A stretch of DNA of 64,000 nt from Bacillota bacterium (GTDB taxonomy: Bacteria > Bacillota > Sulfobacillia > JAJZYS01 > JAJZLH01): assembly GCA_021850485.1 (NCBI GenBank), contig JAJZLY010000007.1:26973-90972 (forward strand). Reading direction: 5' to 3'. Made by a program: the position numbers and the translations under genes. Shown here piece after piece: positions 20,120 to 30,286 of the stretch (position 1 is the first letter of the stretch; each line of letters opens with the position of its first letter). A model generated the notes under the pieces. The model ran no database searches. It worked only from the letters and a program-made list of their open reading frames with translations, and was not told where the DNA came from.

Positions 20120-20479
20120 GTGACGGAAGAGCTTTTAGGCGTGTGTGAAGTGACATTTTTCTTATCCGACCTTGAGGCAGGGCGGACGTGGCTCTGTGAC
20201 TTGCTGGACAGTGAACCCACTTTCGATCATCCCGAGTTCAAAACCTTTCAGGCCGGCGCCACCACCATTGGCCTACACCCCGCCGATCCAAAGGCCGCTG
20301 CCGGCAGCGGCGGACAGGTTGCCTACTGGCTGGTGCGTGACCTTGAGCGCACGCTTGTTCATTTTGAAGCCCACGGTTGCGCCCGATTTCGCGGCCCCAT
20401 CCGCGGTGTCGATGGCGCCCGCATCTGCCAAGTCCAAGACCCCTTTGGTAATCTGTGGGGACTGCTCGAGCGAGGTTGA
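20120..20479 (+). CDS. VOC/glyoxalase-family protein
   Basis: About 120 aa in a glyoxalase-like beta-alpha-beta-beta-beta arrangement (HPEFKTFQAG...FEAHG...VQDPFGNLWGL). GTG start. Confidence 0.55.
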   Translation: MTEELLGVCEVTFFLSDLEAGRTWLCDLLDSEPTFDHPEFKTFQAGATTIGLHPADPKAAAGSGGQVAYWLVRDLERTLVHFEAHGCARFRGPIRGVDGARICQVQDPFGNLWGLLERG

Positions 20480-20521
20480 TCCACTTTCAGCCTAGCCGCT
20501 GAACCGGAGGGAAGCAGCACC

Positions 20522-21142
20522 GTGAATTCATTAGTCATTGGCTTGGGATGGGGGTTTTTGGTCGCAGCCCAGGTCGGCCCGATCTGGTTACTGTGCGCCA
20601 GGAGCGTGCTGCGCGGTACCCTGCGGATCGGCTTGGCCATCGGTCTGGGTGCGGCTCTGATGGACATGGCATACGCTGCAGCGGGTGCTGTGGGTGCGAG
20701 TGCCATTTTGCAGGTCACAGCGCTACGGCTCTCGCTCGGCTTGGCCGGCGCAGCTGTCATCTTGTGGCTGGGCCTTCGCCACTTGGCGACGGCCCTACGC
20801 GTGCGCAGCGGCACGGAGTTGCCGGCAGAGGTGCTCTCTCCGGCGTCGGCCTTTCGCACTTCGCTCCTCGCCACGGCCGCTAACCCGCTGACGATTGCCT
20901 CCTGGGGAGCCATCTTTGCCACGACGGCGAGTGCGCACCTCATGGCGGGAACCATCGACCTGCCGCTGATGCTTCTTGGCGTGGGCATCGGTTCATGGGC
21001 TTGGTTCAGCCTGTTATCCGTCGGCGTCAGCGCCTTGCGGCGGGCATCCAGCGGAGTCAGCGTACGCGCCATGGACCTGGCGTCTTCGCTGGCCCTGGTC
21101 GGCTTCGGCGGCCTGATGGCTTGGCGGACCCTTCGCCTGTGA
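20522..21142 (+). CDS. LysE/RhtB-family amino-acid exporter
   Basis: 206-aa six-TM protein with the LysE-type N-terminal motif. GTG start after GGAGGGAAG. Confidence 0.65.
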   Translation: MNSLVIGLGWGFLVAAQVGPIWLLCARSVLRGTLRIGLAIGLGAALMDMAYAAAGAVGASAILQVTALRLSLGLAGAAVILWLGLRHLATALRVRSGTELPAEVLSPASAFRTSLLATAANPLTIASWGAIFATTASAHLMAGTIDLPLMLLGVGIGSWAWFSLLSVGVSALRRASSGVSVRAMDLASSLALVGFGGLMAWRTLRL

Positions 21143-21198
21143 GGGCACGGCCGGCGAATCGACAACGCCCCTCGAGGCTTCGCCAACCGTCTCGTGCC

Positions 21199-22890
21199 TT
21201 GGCGCTCAGGATCCTGCCGGGGCTCATCTTCCTGTGTATTTCCTTGATCTACTTTGGCAGGCCCGTGATCTTACATCTCACCACCCGCTATATTGGCGCC
21301 GGTCCCGACCCCACCAATATGTTCATGTGGTCCTTGGCCTGGTGGCCGTTCGCTCTTACGCACGGAGTTAATCCATTTCTCAGTGGCTACATCTGGTCGC
21401 CACTGGGATTCAACATCACCTGGCTGACCTCCATCCCCTTTCTGAGCCTTCTGATGTGGCCAGTCACCTGGTTGTTCGGCCTCGTCGCCTCCTACAACGT
21501 CCTGATGATCCTGACACCGGCACTCAGCGCCTTCACTGCCTTCTTGCTGGTGCGAAGGCTGTCTGGCCGGTGGTGGATCGGGTTGTGGGGCGGGTACATG
21601 TTCGGCTTTTCTTCCTATGAGTTCAGTCAGATGCTCGGCCACAGCAACCTGGCGTTTACGGCCCTGGTGCCACTTTTAATTTACATAATTATCTGTCTCT
21701 ACGAGCGGCGGAACGCCCTTTCCCGGTGGACGCCCGCAGTGCTGATCGGACTGATTCTCGCCGCGCAATACGCCATCTCGTCCGAGATCCTCGCCACGCT
21801 CTCCCTGTTTGGTCTGTGCTTCTTGGGCATCGCTTGGCTGGTGGTACCCAAAGAGCGCACCGCTCTCGCTTGGGTCCTGCGCAGCCTGCTGTGGGGATAC
21901 GCGGTGGCCTTCTTGCTGGCCAGCCCGCTGCTCGTCTATCTCTTTCGCGATGTGCCGTTTAGCCGGGTTCTGGTCACCCCGGCGTTTTACTCCACCGATC
22001 TGCTGAACTTGGTGATCCCGACACCGGTCAGCCTGCTCGGTCCGCAACTCAGTCATATCTCGTCCTCGTTTACAGGCAATGTCTCGGAACAAGGTGCCTA
22101 CCTCGGCATCCCGTTCCTGGCTCTGGTGCTTGCAGCCGCTTGGGCGACTTGGAAAAACCCATGGATCCGGACCGCCACCTGGACCATGGCGGTGGTGCTG
22201 GTGGCCTCGCTCGGCCCCATCTTACATGTGGCCGGCCACACGCTGGGTCCCTTAGTTCACATCGGCCAGCACACGTTTGGCGTCATGCCCGGTGCGCTAC
22301 TCACACGCCTACCGCTGCTCGGCCATGCCCTGCCCAGCCGGTTCATGCTCTACGTCGTGCTCCTGGCTGTGATCGTGGCCAGTTCCTATTTGCGCACCGT
22401 CAACTGGCGACTGGCCCTGTCGGTCGCCTTGTTGTCGGTGGCCGTTGTCCTGCCAAACCTGGGTGCCGGCGAGGGCTTGTGGTGGAGTCGCCTGTCTGTA
22501 CCACGCTTCATTGCCAGCGGACAATTCCATGGTGTCATCCCAGCTGGGACAACGGTCCTGGCCTTTCCGGCGGGCAACACCGGCAACTGGATGTTCGACC
22601 AGGCCTGGGCTGGGTTCCCCTTTCGCCTGGAGGAGTCTTATCCTTATGAGCCGTTAGCCTGGGCCAGGCTACCAATCGCCGCCCAGCTCTTTTCCGGACG
22701 CATTGCTGTCGGTCCGGTGGCGGTATCCGAGTTTCAGGGAATGCTCGCCTTTGGCCGGGTGCGGGCGGTGGTCAGCCTGGACCCGGTCCCGGCAGCGCTT
22801 GGCAGGCTGGTACGCGAAGCGGGCCTCTTGCCCTTAGGGACCCACGGCGGCGTCACGGAGTGGCAGGTGCCTTCTGCAATTAGCCCGTAG
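21199..22890 (+). CDS. Large polytopic membrane protein of unknown function
   Basis: About 10-12 TM helices followed by a soluble C-terminal domain; could be glycosyltransferase-like, but nothing supports that yet. Start uncertain (TTG 21199, GTG 21265 or ATG 21319); the ORF-track start at 20995 overlaps LysE and is rejected. Confidence 0.5.
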   Translation: MALRILPGLIFLCISLIYFGRPVILHLTTRYIGAGPDPTNMFMWSLAWWPFALTHGVNPFLSGYIWSPLGFNITWLTSIPFLSLLMWPVTWLFGLVASYNVLMILTPALSAFTAFLLVRRLSGRWWIGLWGGYMFGFSSYEFSQMLGHSNLAFTALVPLLIYIIICLYERRNALSRWTPAVLIGLILAAQYAISSEILATLSLFGLCFLGIAWLVVPKERTALAWVLRSLLWGYAVAFLLASPLLVYLFRDVPFSRVLVTPAFYSTDLLNLVIPTPVSLLGPQLSHISSSFTGNVSEQGAYLGIPFLALVLAAAWATWKNPWIRTATWTMAVVLVASLGPILHVAGHTLGPLVHIGQHTFGVMPGALLTRLPLLGHALPSRFMLYVVLLAVIVASSYLRTVNWRLALSVALLSVAVVLPNLGAGEGLWWSRLSVPRFIASGQFHGVIPAGTTVLAFPAGNTGNWMFDQAWAGFPFRLEESYPYEPLAWARLPIAAQLFSGRIAVGPVAVSEFQGMLAFGRVRAVVSLDPVPAALGRLVREAGLLPLGTHGGVTEWQVPSAISP

Positions 22891-22948
22891 TCAGCGGACC
22901 GGCCACACTGCGAGCCAGCATTCGGCTAAGCGGCTAGACTGTGAGATC

Positions 22949-23025
<77 letters not shown>

Positions 23026-23247
23026 GTGATACCGGCAGACGGAAAACTCCGCCTCTCGTAATCAGCCTAGATGCGGGCCAGTCGGACTGTCAAGGCAGGC
23101 CGGACCACGGCGGCGGGCGGATGTCGCCAGCATCGGCGACCAGTTAGAGGAGCAGGTGGCACCCCCTTGGCGTGCACTGTGCTACACCTATCTCAGGATG
23201 TCCTACAGGACCAGCCTGTGATCCATGAGATCGGGGGGGTGAACTGC

Positions 23248-24057
23248 ATGGGTGCTTGGGCCATCGTTGCGGCCGTAGTGGTAGTGGTATTGGCCCTGTC
23301 GATCCGGGTCGTGCAGCAGTACGAAAGTGGCGTCTTGTTCCGGCTCGGCCGAGTGATCAGGGTGCGCGAACCTGGGCTCACGATGATCATCCCTATCGTC
23401 GATGTGCTGCGCCGCATCTCTCTGCGCATCAAGACCATGCCCATTCAGTCTCAGGGCATCATCACCAAGGACAACGTGAGCCTCGACATCTCTGCGGTTG
23501 CCTACTACCGGGTCGTCGACGCCGTCAAAGCGGTGGTCGCCATCGAAAACGTCGACCAGGCCATCAACCAGATCGCGCAAACCACCCTGCGCAAGGTCGT
23601 GGGCCAGCATATGCTGGACGACATCTTGGCCGAGACCGAGCGGATCAACGCCCTGATCCCTCAGATTTTGGACCCGCTCACTCAAGGCTGGGGTGTGATC
23701 GTCAGCATCGTGGAGTTGAAGGACATCCAGTTGCCGGAAGAGATGAAGCGGGCGATGGCCAGGCAGGCCGAGGCAGAACGCGAGAAGCGGGCCAAGATCA
23801 TCGCCGCCGAAGGAGAGCTACTGGCCGTCGGTGCACTCAGTCAAGCGGCGGACATCATGCAGGCGCACCCGATCACCCTGCAGCTGCGCACCTTGCAAAC
23901 CTTGGCCGAGATCGCGGTGGACAAAAATTCCACAGTCGTGTTCCCGGCTCCCCTGATGAGCACTATTCAGGAGCTGGGCAGCTTCCTGGCCGCAGAGCGC
24001 CAGGCGGCCACCAGCCCGCCGGTCGTGCCTGCCACGGGCGCCGACGCCACCGAGTAG
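23248..24057 (+). CDS. SPFH/band-7 (stomatin-like) membrane protein
   Basis: N-terminal TM helix, then SPFH domain (VQQYESGVLFRLGR...IITKDNVSLDISAVAYYRVVD...) and a coiled-coil (AEREKRAKIIAAEGE). ATG at 23248 after GGGGGGTGA; the ORF-track extension is rejected. Confidence 0.8.
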   Translation: MGAWAIVAAVVVVVLALSIRVVQQYESGVLFRLGRVIRVREPGLTMIIPIVDVLRRISLRIKTMPIQSQGIITKDNVSLDISAVAYYRVVDAVKAVVAIENVDQAINQIAQTTLRKVVGQHMLDDILAETERINALIPQILDPLTQGWGVIVSIVELKDIQLPEEMKRAMARQAEAEREKRAKIIAAEGELLAVGALSQAADIMQAHPITLQLRTLQTLAEIAVDKNSTVVFPAPLMSTIQELGSFLAAERQAATSPPVVPATGADATE

Positions 24058-24139
24058 GCTAGAGACCGAGACCCTTAGGCAACCCCTGCTCACCAGGCTG
24101 CGAGATCGAGCTGGTCTGCCGTTCCAGATAGGTAGGAAG

Positions 24140-24213
24140 TGGAGCGGGTGGCGGGAATCGAACCCGCGCTATCAGCTTGGAAGGCTGAAGTTCTACCATT
24201 GAACTACACCCGC
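24140..24213 (-). tRNA. tRNA-Gly (anticodon TCC)
   Basis: Folded by hand. Acceptor gcgggtg/cacccgc, anticodon loop cTTCCAa, T-loop TTCGATT, encoded CCA. Confidence 0.85.
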
Positions 24214-24336
24214 GCTGGTCGATCCTATCATAATGGACGCCCGCCACCATGGGCTGGCCGTTACTCCATGCAGGAGACTCATCGCGCGCTCCCTAAATGC
24301 ATAGTTGCGCCCCGACCCTCGGGGAGGAGGGTTCTT

Positions 24337-25890
24337 GTGCCATCTGCCCCCGTTGCCGAACCGATCAGTGCCGACTTCTTACAGGCGTTTCGTTTGGCTG
24401 CAGATCTCTCTCAACGGCTGTTCGGGGCCGAGTTTGTCGCAGTAGCGTTGCCGGTGGCACATGAGACCTTGCGCTTTGTCGTCTCCGTCGGATTTCCCGA
24501 AGAACTTTCCGAGTCACAATGGGGCCAAGGTTTTTCTATTAACGACGGCGTGGCTGGCTTCGTGTATCGGACCGGTAAGCCCCACTTCACCTCTGGACGC
24601 GGCCGGGTGCGCCCGTTGCCTCTGTTCCAGGCGATCCACGGTCAGAGCATGCTCAGCGTGCCGATCCGGATCGGCGCCGAGGTCCAGGGTGTGCTCAACG
24701 TCGGATGGAAACGACAAGTTCGGCGGCCAACTCCGGCCAGGATTCATCTCCTGGAACTGATCGCCGACCAGATCGCCCTCACCCGCAAGCTCCACGACAT
24801 GCATCGCGACCTGGAGGAGAGCGAGCGGCGCGCCCAGCGGCTGATGACCCTAAACGGCATCTTATCTCGCATCAACCTGAGTATCGTCGGTGCCCGTAAC
24901 CGCCAGAACCTGTTGGCCAGGATGTGCGAGACCATCACCGCCGACGGGCATTTTGCCCTGGCCTGGATCGGTATCGCCGACCCCGGCGGCGGCGAGGTGC
25001 GGGTCGAGGCGGCATCGGGTGAGGCCACTGAGTACTTAGCCCATCTCAGGGTCAGCATCGATCCGGAGAGCCCTTACGGACAAGGGCCCACCGGACGCGC
25101 CCTGCGCGCAGAAGGTACGCAGATTATTTCAGACTTGTGGCACAGCACCACCTTCGCGCCCTGGGTGGAGTACGCCCAGCCACTAGGCCTGCGCTCGTGC
25201 ATCGCCGCCAGATTTCAAGACACGGACGGCACGGCGGGGGCGCTTTCGGTGTACTCCACGGAATTCAACGCCTTCGATCATCCGGAGATCCAAGAACTGA
25301 TGGCGGAGATGGTTTCCAGCATCACCTTTGCCCTCGCCCATCTCGCCCTGGTCAACCAGGAGGCCACCGCCGAACAAAAAGTCCGCTACCTAGCCTATCA
25401 CGATCCCTTGACCGGCCTGCCCAACCGCCTGTTGTTAGAAGATCGCCTGCACCAGCTTCTAGAGGCCGGCCGTCGCTACCACCGCTCGTTCGCGGTGTGT
25501 GTGATCGATCTGGATGAATTCAAGACGATCAACGACAGCCACGGCCATCACCTGGGTGACCGGGTGTTGCGCCAGGTGACAGAGCGCCTGTCCGCCTCGC
25601 TGCGCGCAGTGGACACCATGGCCCGCTTTGGTGGAGATGAGTTCGTGGTGCTGGTGGATGCCGTTGGCGACGAGGTGCACCTGACGGTTACCCTGACTCG
25701 CCTGATCGAACTGACGCAGCAGCCGATCACCGTCGACGATCAACAGTTCCACCTGAGCGCAAGTATCGGCGCCGCGCTCTTCCCGTCGGACGGCCAAGAA
25801 CCAGAGCTCTTGGTCAGCCGTGCCGACCGGGCGATGTACGCGGCAAAGGCGGCCGGCGGCGGCTGTTACCGCCTGGCAGGGAGAGTCTGA
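24337..25890 (+). CDS. GAF-GAF-GGDEF diguanylate cyclase
   Basis: Two GAF-like domains, then GGDEF (RFGGDEFVV) with an RxxD I-site (RAVD). GTG 24337 after GGGGAGGAGGG; alternative ATG at 24268. The ORF-track start at 24139 overlaps tRNA-Gly. Confidence 0.75.
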   Translation: MPSAPVAEPISADFLQAFRLAADLSQRLFGAEFVAVALPVAHETLRFVVSVGFPEELSESQWGQGFSINDGVAGFVYRTGKPHFTSGRGRVRPLPLFQAIHGQSMLSVPIRIGAEVQGVLNVGWKRQVRRPTPARIHLLELIADQIALTRKLHDMHRDLEESERRAQRLMTLNGILSRINLSIVGARNRQNLLARMCETITADGHFALAWIGIADPGGGEVRVEAASGEATEYLAHLRVSIDPESPYGQGPTGRALRAEGTQIISDLWHSTTFAPWVEYAQPLGLRSCIAARFQDTDGTAGALSVYSTEFNAFDHPEIQELMAEMVSSITFALAHLALVNQEATAEQKVRYLAYHDPLTGLPNRLLLEDRLHQLLEAGRRYHRSFAVCVIDLDEFKTINDSHGHHLGDRVLRQVTERLSASLRAVDTMARFGGDEFVVLVDAVGDEVHLTVTLTRLIELTQQPITVDDQQFHLSASIGAALFPSDGQEPELLVSRADRAMYAAKAAGGGCYRLAGRV

Positions 25891-25959
25891 CGGCAGATCA
25901 CTGGGCCCGTGTCACGCGCTGGTGCGGCTCGTCCATCGCTCGCTGAGCTTTCGTCTGAC

Positions 25960-26036
<77 letters not shown>

Positions 26037-26053
26037 ACACTGTCCCGTTCATT

Positions 26054-26665
26054 CTATCTGGCATCGGGCCTAGGGTCAAAGCGGCCAGATCGCTGCAGCT
26101 CGGCCATCAGCCGTCTGGCAGCCCGGCCCCGGTGAGACACGGCCGCTTTGGCCGACTCCGTCGCCTCGGCGAAGGTGATGCCCAGCTCATCCGAGATGAA
26201 CAGCGGATCATAGCCAAAGCCACCCACCCCGCGTTCCGCCTCGGCGATGGTGCCACTGCAGCTGCCCGTGGCGGCCAGGGCGCCGTGGCCGACGCGCAGC
26301 AACACCAACACCGCAACGAATGTGGCTAGGCGGCTGGCGCCTGGCAGGGCGCCCAACTCAGCCAGCAGCTTGGTGCGATTTTCCAGATCACCGGCCGCCG
26401 CCCCGGCATAGCGGGCACTGTGGATCCCGGGCTGGCCGCCAAGTGCCGCCACTTCCAGGCCGGAATCATCGGCCAGCACCCAGTCCAGGGTCTGACCGCG
26501 CACGACCTGGGCCTTGGCCATGGCGTTTTCCAGATAGCTCGCCCCGGTCTCCTCGGCGAGTTGTTCCCCTGGCCAGGCTCTTAGATCAAATGAGGCGCCC
26601 AACAGGTGCTGCAATTCCGCCACCTTGCCCGCATTGCGGCTGGCCACCCAGACCCGCACGCTCAC
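26054..26665 (-). CDS. rdgB: RdgB/HAM1-family non-canonical purine NTP pyrophosphatase
   Basis: [15 protein letters not shown]...FGYDPLF and the conserved SHR motif. Downstream of rph, as in Firmicutes. Confidence 0.8.
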   Translation of the reverse strand: MSVRVWVASRNAGKVAELQHLLGASFDLRAWPGEQLAEETGASYLENAMAKAQVVRGQTLDWVLADDSGLEVAALGGQPGIHSARYAGAAAGDLENRTKLLAELGALPGASRLATFVAVLVLLRVGHGALAATGSCSGTIAEAERGVGGFGYDPLFISDELGITFAEATESAKAAVSHRGRAARRLMAELQRSGRFDPRPDAR

Positions 26666-27387
26666 GGCTTATGCGCCGCGGCGATGGCTGTTTCTTGCAC
26701 CACCAACAGCTCTGCGATGCCTTTTTTCGCCAGTGCCAGCAGTCGGTTCAAGGTTGGCTCCGCAAAGGGCGCGCGCTCGGCGGTTGCCTGCACCTCCACG
26801 AACTGTCCGCCAGCGGTGAGCACCACGTTCATATCCACCTCGGCACGCACGTCTTCTTGGTACTCCAGGTCGAGCAGCGCCTCGCCGTCGACCACACCCA
26901 CCGACACCGCCGCCAGGGGCTGGCGAATCGGCGATTTGGCGACAACGCCGGAGCGGACCAGACCCGAGACGGCAAGCGCCATCGCCACATAGCAACCGGT
27001 CACCGCCGCCGTGCGGGTGCCTCCATCTGCCTCCAAGACGTCAGCATCTAGCCACAAAGACCGCTCTCCCAGTTGGTCCAGGTCGACCACGGCCCGCAGC
27101 GACCGGCCGATCAGCCGCTGGATCTCGTGGGTGCGCCCGCCAGGGGCGCCTCTGACCACCTCTCTTGGCGTGCGGGTGAGCGTGGATCTAGGCAACAGCG
27201 CGTATTCAGCGGTCACCCAGCCGCCACCAGATCCCCGTCGAAAGGGCGGCACCTTGTCCTCCACGGAACAGGCGCACAGCACCCGCGTTGCACCGAACGA
27301 GACCAGCGCCGAGCCCTCGGCGTGGCTGAGCCAGTTTGGCTCGATGGTGACCACTCGCATCTGGTCTACAGCGCGACCCTGACGCAT
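26662..27387 (-). CDS. rph: Ribonuclease PH
   Basis: [19 protein letters not shown]...[10 protein letters not shown]... is canonical RNase PH. ATG at 27385-27387 after GGGGGAG. The 250-aa N-terminal extension in the ORF track is antisense of the NCS1 permease gene and is rejected. Confidence 0.85.
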   Translation of the reverse strand: MRQGRAVDQMRVVTIEPNWLSHAEGSALVSFGATRVLCACSVEDKVPPFRRGSGGGWVTAEYALLPRSTLTRTPREVVRGAPGGRTHEIQRLIGRSLRAVVDLDQLGERSLWLDADVLEADGGTRTAAVTGCYVAMALAVSGLVRSGVVAKSPIRQPLAAVSVGVVDGEALLDLEYQEDVRAEVDMNVVLTAGGQFVEVQATAERAPFAEPTLNRLLALAKKGIAELLVVQETAIAAAHKP

Positions 27388-27433
27388 CCAACTCCCCCTT
27401 TGCCTCCAGACGATGGTAACCGATGGACCATGG

Positions 27434-27464
27434 CAAAGGGGCCGGCAAAGCGCCGGCCCCTTTG
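27434..27464. terminator. GC-rich 13-bp-stem hairpin, probable terminator of the permease gene
   Basis: caaaggggccggc-aaagc-gccggcccctttg followed by gtggtttcgg, placed between the permease stop (27477) and the rph start (27387). Confidence 0.4.
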
Positions 27465-27476
27465 GTGGTTTCGGTC

Positions 27477-28883
27477 CTACTTGCCGGCCGTCTCCATGGC
27501 TGCCGGCCGCTCCTGGGCGACGCCCTTGGCCCGGCTGTACACCAGATAGCCGATGCCGGCCAGCAGGAAGCTGACGTAGTAGGTGATGTCTCCGAGTTGC
27601 GGCACGGCGTTTGCGATCGGACCGATGAAGTTCAGTTGCGGACTGACGTATTGGTTCATGAACAGCACCGAGACCGCCACCGAGCCGATCCAGAACCAGA
27701 ACCCAGGCTTCACGCCCCGGCTCTTGTCGTAAAAGATGGCGGTGCGGTACTCGCCCTTTTGGATCAAGAAATAGTCGACCAACACGATCGCCACCCAGGG
27801 AGCGATCCAGTATCCGAGGAGGAACAAGAAGAACTCGAAGTTCACCAGGAAGTTTCCCTGGCCGGCGGTCCAGGCCACCACCGCGCCGAGCACGCCAACC
27901 ACGATCGCTGACTGCCAGCGCTTGATCGGAACGTTCACGACCAGGGCGGACAGAGCGCCAGAGTAGATGTTGAGCACATTGGCGGTGATGGTGCCGATGA
28001 TGACCGCCACCATCGCCATCACGGCAATGGCGTGTGGTACCAACCCGGTGACCAAGTCCGTCGGTGCGAAGATCGGCTTGACCGTGGACAGCAGCAGCCC
28101 GACCAGTTCCAGCCAGGCGCAGGAGATGAGCGCCGACCAAAATACGTTGTGGAACACGGTCTTGGGTTTGGTCGACTTCGGCAAATAACGGGAGTAGTCA
28201 GACGAAAAGGCCATCCAGCCGAGCAGGTAGGAAAACGCCACCGAGAAGGTGAGGATGAAGGCGCCGCTTGGACCTGCCGCCCCGGCCACCTTCGGGTTGA
28301 AGCCAATCGTCATGTTCGCCTTGGTGATGGCGTAGTAGCTGACGATCAGGAATACGACGGTGAGCAGGATCGACATGTACCGCTCAAACGAGTGGATCAT
28401 GTTGTAGCCCAAGATTGCGATCAGCACCTGCACCACCAGCATCACGATCAACGCCGTGGCGAAGGTGATCCCGATCAGGTACTGCAGCGCCTCGACGCCG
28501 AGAACGGTGTTCACGGCGAACCAGGCGAAGCCGGCCACGAAGTTCAAAACACCGGGCAGATAGTTGCCGTAGTAGCCGAAGGCCTTGCGCGACTGAATCA
28601 GCTGAGGTACGCCCAGCCGTGGTCCGTACAGAGACAGCAGAGCCAGCAGAGCCGCACCAAGGACGTTTGCGAGAACCAGGGCCACCACGGCCTGACCAAA
28701 GCCCAGACCGAAGACCACGATCGGCAGGGCGCCGACCGCCAGCGTCGCAAACTCGACGTTTGCCCCCCACCACAGCGTGAACAGACTCGATGGCCTGCCA
28801 TGACGCTCCTCGTCGCGGACCGGCTCGACACCTTTCGGCTCAACCTTCAAGACCTCGTCCCTGTACTCCGACCTGACGGCCAC
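27477..28883 (-). CDS. NCS1-family nucleobase:cation symporter (purine-cytosine/allantoin permease type)
   Basis: 12-TM protein with NCS1 hallmarks ([11 protein letters not shown]..., [16 protein letters not shown]). GTG start 28881-28883 after GGGAGGG. Confidence 0.8.
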   Translation of the reverse strand: MAVRSEYRDEVLKVEPKGVEPVRDEERHGRPSSLFTLWWGANVEFATLAVGALPIVVFGLGFGQAVVALVLANVLGAALLALLSLYGPRLGVPQLIQSRKAFGYYGNYLPGVLNFVAGFAWFAVNTVLGVEALQYLIGITFATALIVMLVVQVLIAILGYNMIHSFERYMSILLTVVFLIVSYYAITKANMTIGFNPKVAGAAGPSGAFILTFSVAFSYLLGWMAFSSDYSRYLPKSTKPKTVFHNVFWSALISCAWLELVGLLLSTVKPIFAPTDLVTGLVPHAIAVMAMVAVIIGTITANVLNIYSGALSALVVNVPIKRWQSAIVVGVLGAVVAWTAGQGNFLVNFEFFLFLLGYWIAPWVAIVLVDYFLIQKGEYRTAIFYDKSRGVKPGFWFWIGSVAVSVLFMNQYVSPQLNFIGPIANAVPQLGDITYYVSFLLAGIGYLVYSRAKGVAQERPAAMETAGK

Positions 28884-28897
28884 GCCCCCGCCCTCCC

Positions 28898-28941
28898 ATA
28901 TCCGAACATTAAGACACTCGTAGCGTAATATGTTCGGATAA
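28898..28941. promoter_or_regulatory. Inverted pair of PurR PurBoxes (AWWWCCGAACWWT) upstream of the NCS1 permease
   Basis: ATATCCGAACATT (28898-28910) is 13/13 to the consensus. Inverted copy TTATCCGAACATA (28929-28941, opposite strand) is 11/13. The 18-bp spacer is close to the 16-17 bp of B. subtilis pur operators. Confidence 0.65.
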
Positions 28942-28947
28942 TGTTGT

Positions 28948-29871
28948 CTAGAGGTCTGAAAAAATTCCCATCGCCTGCTCGGCCAGGACGATCATCGAGC
29001 TTAATGTGCTGTTCACCGGACACCAGATGCCGGCTGCCTCGCCGTAGCGGGCCACCGCTCCATTCAAGGCCCGGATCTCGGTGCGCCGACCCCGCCTGAG
29101 GTCTTGCAGCATCGAACACTGATTGGCGCGCGTGCCTGCCAACACCGCCTGTATGGCCGGCCAGTCAGTGGCCAGCGACGCCCCGCGTGTAGCGGCCACC
29201 GATGCCACCTCGGCCAGCACCTGGTGGGCGAGGGCCTCCGTTCCTGCCAACTCGAGCAGCTGGCCGTTGGTACAGCCGAGCAGCGCCGCAACCGGATTGA
29301 TCACGGCGTTGATGGCGAGCTTGTTCCAGATCAGCGGCCACGGATCGGAGACGGCTCTGGCGGCCAGGCCCGCACCGTCGAGAAGGGCCGCAGTTTGCAC
29401 AGCCAGGTCGGCGTCGGCCGGCTGCAGCGCGGCCAGCTCGGTCAGTCCACGGCCAGCCACCACCACCTCGCCTGCAGAGGCCGTGCGGGAGCCTTGGGTC
29501 GTCGTACCGGCCAACAGATGACAGCCGGGTAGCGTCGCCAAGATGGCCTCCACATTTCCCAGCCCATTTTGCAAGGTGAGCACTGCCGTATCGGGGCCGA
29601 CGGCAGGCACGGCGGTCCGGCAGGCCGCTGCCGTGTCGTCCGCTTTGACCATGATTACGACCAAGTCCGCCGCGCCTGGGCCGGCCTCGCTGCGCACTGC
29701 GAGCGGGAGTACTGCTTGGTCCGCTCCTTCGGTCAAAATCAGGCCACGCCCGGCGATCGCTTCTCCGGTGGCTCGATTTCGGCTGACCAGGGTTACCTCG
29801 TGGCCGGCCTGGAACAGGCGGCCACCGATCAGGCCGCCCATGGCGCCGGCGCCGATCACGGTCACCCGCAC
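28948..29871 (-). CDS. panE: 2-dehydropantoate 2-reductase
   Basis: MRVTVIGAGAMGGLIGGRL... Rossmann N-terminus and ApbA C-terminal domain. GTG start after AGAGGAGGG. Confidence 0.75.
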   Translation of the reverse strand: MRVTVIGAGAMGGLIGGRLFQAGHEVTLVSRNRATGEAIAGRGLILTEGADQAVLPLAVRSEAGPGAADLVVIMVKADDTAAACRTAVPAVGPDTAVLTLQNGLGNVEAILATLPGCHLLAGTTTQGSRTASAGEVVVAGRGLTELAALQPADADLAVQTAALLDGAGLAARAVSDPWPLIWNKLAINAVINPVAALLGCTNGQLLELAGTEALAHQVLAEVASVAATRGASLATDWPAIQAVLAGTRANQCSMLQDLRRGRRTEIRALNGAVARYGEAAGIWCPVNSTLSSMIVLAEQAMGIFSDL

Positions 29872-29910
29872 GGCCTGCCCTCCTCTCTGCGGAACACCGG
29901 GTCAAATGAT

Positions 29911-30266
29911 TGGTGGAGGCGCGGGGGAACTGCCCCCCCGGTCCGTACAACCGCTTCACGTGGGCTCTACGAGTGTGTCTCCAGGATCTTGTCTCGCCTC
30001 AGAGCCGTCCCCGGAGCCGGACATTGGCCCTGCTGCCAGCCGCTGCATGTCTTAGCCGAAAAGCCAGAGGCGCACTTTACGGAGCACCCCGCCTCATTCG
30101 TCGTGCATCGGCCGGCAGGGGCACCGATGCTGACGTCACTGCCTTATTTAGGCAGCGAGAGCGTAACTGTTATTGGCAGTTGTCTTTGTTCCCGCTGTTT
30201 TACGAGGCACGGGACCTCGGCTCGCTCCCCCATGCATCAGCCGTACGTCGAACCTAATTCGCCCCC
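29911..30266 (-). ncRNA. ssrA: tmRNA (SsrA)
   Basis: 5' GGGGGCGAAUUAGGUUCGACG... and 3' ...CGCCUCCACCA form the tRNA-like acceptor stem. Internal tag frame GCC AAU AAC AGU UAC GCU CUC GCU GCC UAA gives ANNSYALAA. 356 nt, immediately downstream of smpB. Confidence 0.85.
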
Positions 30267-30286
30267 AAACCTCCTTCACCAGCACC

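Noticed and set aside
24059-24250. 63-aa minus-strand ORF over tRNA-Gly, and the ORF-track start (24139) of the GGDEF gene.
   Set aside because: It overlaps the tRNA. The GGDEF gene has a much better GTG start with a strong SD at 24337.
26662-28140. 492-aa ORF called as one protein.
   Set aside because: Only the C-terminal 241 aa are RNase PH. The N-terminal 250 aa are the antisense frame of the NCS1 permease, and there is an internal ATG with SD at 27385-27387.
28901-28938. The 9-bp inverted repeat TCCGAACAT...ATGTTCGGA as an intrinsic terminator of panE.
   Set aside because: The 20-nt loop and absence of a U-tract argue against it. The arms are exactly the CCGAAC cores of two PurBoxes, so an operator is the better explanation.
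29910-30257. 115-aa plus-strand ORF.
   Set aside because: It lies exactly over the tmRNA gene.
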